Assembly: GCA_016290135.1 (NCBI GenBank)
Contig: JAEESW010000002.1
Location: 122,584 to 186,583, forward strand
Direction: 5' to 3'
Source of the DNA: a bacterium
Lineage (GTDB): Bacteria > UBP6 > UBA1177
Length of the DNA stretch: 64,000 nt
A program made the position numbers and the translations under genes. Of this stretch, positions 63,312 through 64,000 are shown one piece after another. Under the pieces are notes generated by a model. That model was not told the origin of the DNA and made no database searches. It saw only the letters and a list, made by a program, of their open reading frames with translations. Each line of letters begins with the position of its first letter. The stretch's first letter is position 1.

Positions 63312-64000
63312 ATGAAAAATTTTTCAATTATCGTGGTTTTGATCTTTTCGTTCTTTTTCTTCGTTTCATGCGGCAGTGACGATGATGAAGGAGACACTAC
63401 CGCCGACACCGGCGACATGGCTACCGATACCGACACAAACACGGATACCGGCACTGACACAGACACGGATACGGACACTGACACAAACACGGATACCGGC
63501 ACTGACACAGACACGGATACAGACACTGATACTGACACTGACACTGACACTGACACTGACACCGACACCGACACCGACACTGACACTGACACCGATACTG
63601 ACACAGATACCGGCGACATCGATGCTGGAGATTGCGCAGTGATATCTTTGGGAGCAATGAAGATCGACGGGTCGATCGACAGTTACGCCTACTATTCCGG
63701 CACTTATCAGCCCGGAACCGGCACGGCTGTGACCGATGAGATAAATTTCGAGATCTACAGCGAAACGACACCCGGGACATACGACCTTACCGAAGGATAC
63801 AACGCATCCTACAGTTCATGCGCTCAGTGCATCATAGTCTACGAAGACATCGTTTATGACAACGAAGGCTATTTCGACGGCGCCGGCAAATACTATTATC
63901 CTGACCGCGGCACGATGACCGTAAACTCATTCTCATACGATTCGGGCTCTCTGAACGTCACGCTTGAAAACGTCCGTTTGATCCAGGTCACAAGAGAATA
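63312..64000 (+). CDS. Lipoprotein with (Thr-Asp)n repeat and a YSSCAQC domain paralogous to the 45414 protein (partial, runs off the window)
   Basis: AGGAGG RBS, lipobox FFFVSCGS. Open frame to the window end. TD/TN repeat coded at about 63397..63612. Confidence 0.5.
   Translation, partial: MKNFSIIVVLIFSFFFFVSCGSDDDEGDTTADTGDMATDTDTNTDTGTDTDTDTDTDTNTDTGTDTDTDTDTDTDTDTDTDTDTDTDTDTDTDTDTDTDTGDIDAGDCAVISLGAMKIDGSIDSYAYYSGTYQPGTGTAVTDEINFEIYSETTPGTYDLTEGYNASYSSCAQCIIVYEDIVYDNEGYFDGAGKYYYPDRGTMTVNSFSYDSGSLNVTLENVRLIQVTRE

Noticed and set aside
63296-63780. Several minus- and plus-strand ORFs of SVSVSV / TQTRI / CQCRC repeats
   Set aside because: They are alternate-frame translations of the (ACN-GAY)n coding repeat. 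The real gene is the plus-strand ATG at 63312 with AGGAGG and a lipobox.
1-64000. CRISPR arrays, rRNA genes, integrase/transposase/relaxase genes
   Set aside because: I looked for direct repeats with unique spacers and for recombinase or relaxase motifs and found none. The only tandem repeats are the 8-mer array at 2611 and the coding amino-acid repeats.

Overview
This is a 64-kb chromosomal window from an anaerobic Gram-negative bacterium; the phylum is not determinable from the sequence alone. The evidence for that lifestyle is a rubrerythrin/desulfoferrodoxin/FprA/rubredoxin operon, a membrane H+-pyrophosphatase, and TonB-dependent receptor, Wza-like and other outer-membrane proteins. The window is gene-dense and mostly organised as long co-directional strings with ATGA-type overlaps. 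Recognisable housekeeping genes include fmt, rpsT, L25, pth, truB, a Rsu-family pseudouridine synthase, cdd, a purine nucleoside phosphorylase, a PfkB kinase, a 5'-nucleotidase, hutH and hutI, tRNA-Gln(UUG), and a cobalamin riboswitch in front of a BtuB-like TonB receptor. Several accessory-looking loci stand out. (1) At 47.6-59.7 kb there is a tightly coupled minus-strand operon whose products match a minimal type-IV-secretion-like apparatus in VirB order: a pilin-like protein, a VirB3-like protein, an 781-aa VirB4-type ATPase, a polytopic VirB6-like protein, VirB8-like, VirB9-like and VirB10/TrbI-like proteins. The operon continues into an outer-membrane beta-barrel gene and a giant 1621-aa lipoprotein. 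No VirB11, VirD4 coupling protein or relaxase is present in the window. A very AT-rich 255-bp region lies between this operon and a divergent CI/LexA-like (XRE + S24) repressor. (2) At 18.7-25.5 kb there is a lipid-metabolism cluster: a PlsC-type acyltransferase, a KS-like fragment, an O-methyltransferase and a 1376-aa fused BCR/HAD-family protein (two activase ATPase domains, a Cys cluster and dehydratase-like domains) that resembles the PlsA/PlsR plasmalogen synthase. A separate tri-domain acyl-AMP ligase-ACP-acyltransferase and a divergent type-III-PKS-like condensing enzyme also occur. (3) Four signal-peptide proteins share the same unusual C-terminal tail: an acidic linker, then Gly-Cys, then five mostly hydrophobic residues and the stop codon. 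This looks like an uncharacterised sorting or lipidation signal. A 52-aa rubredoxin gene missing from the ORF track was found by eye. No rRNA, CRISPR array, integrase or transposase was seen.
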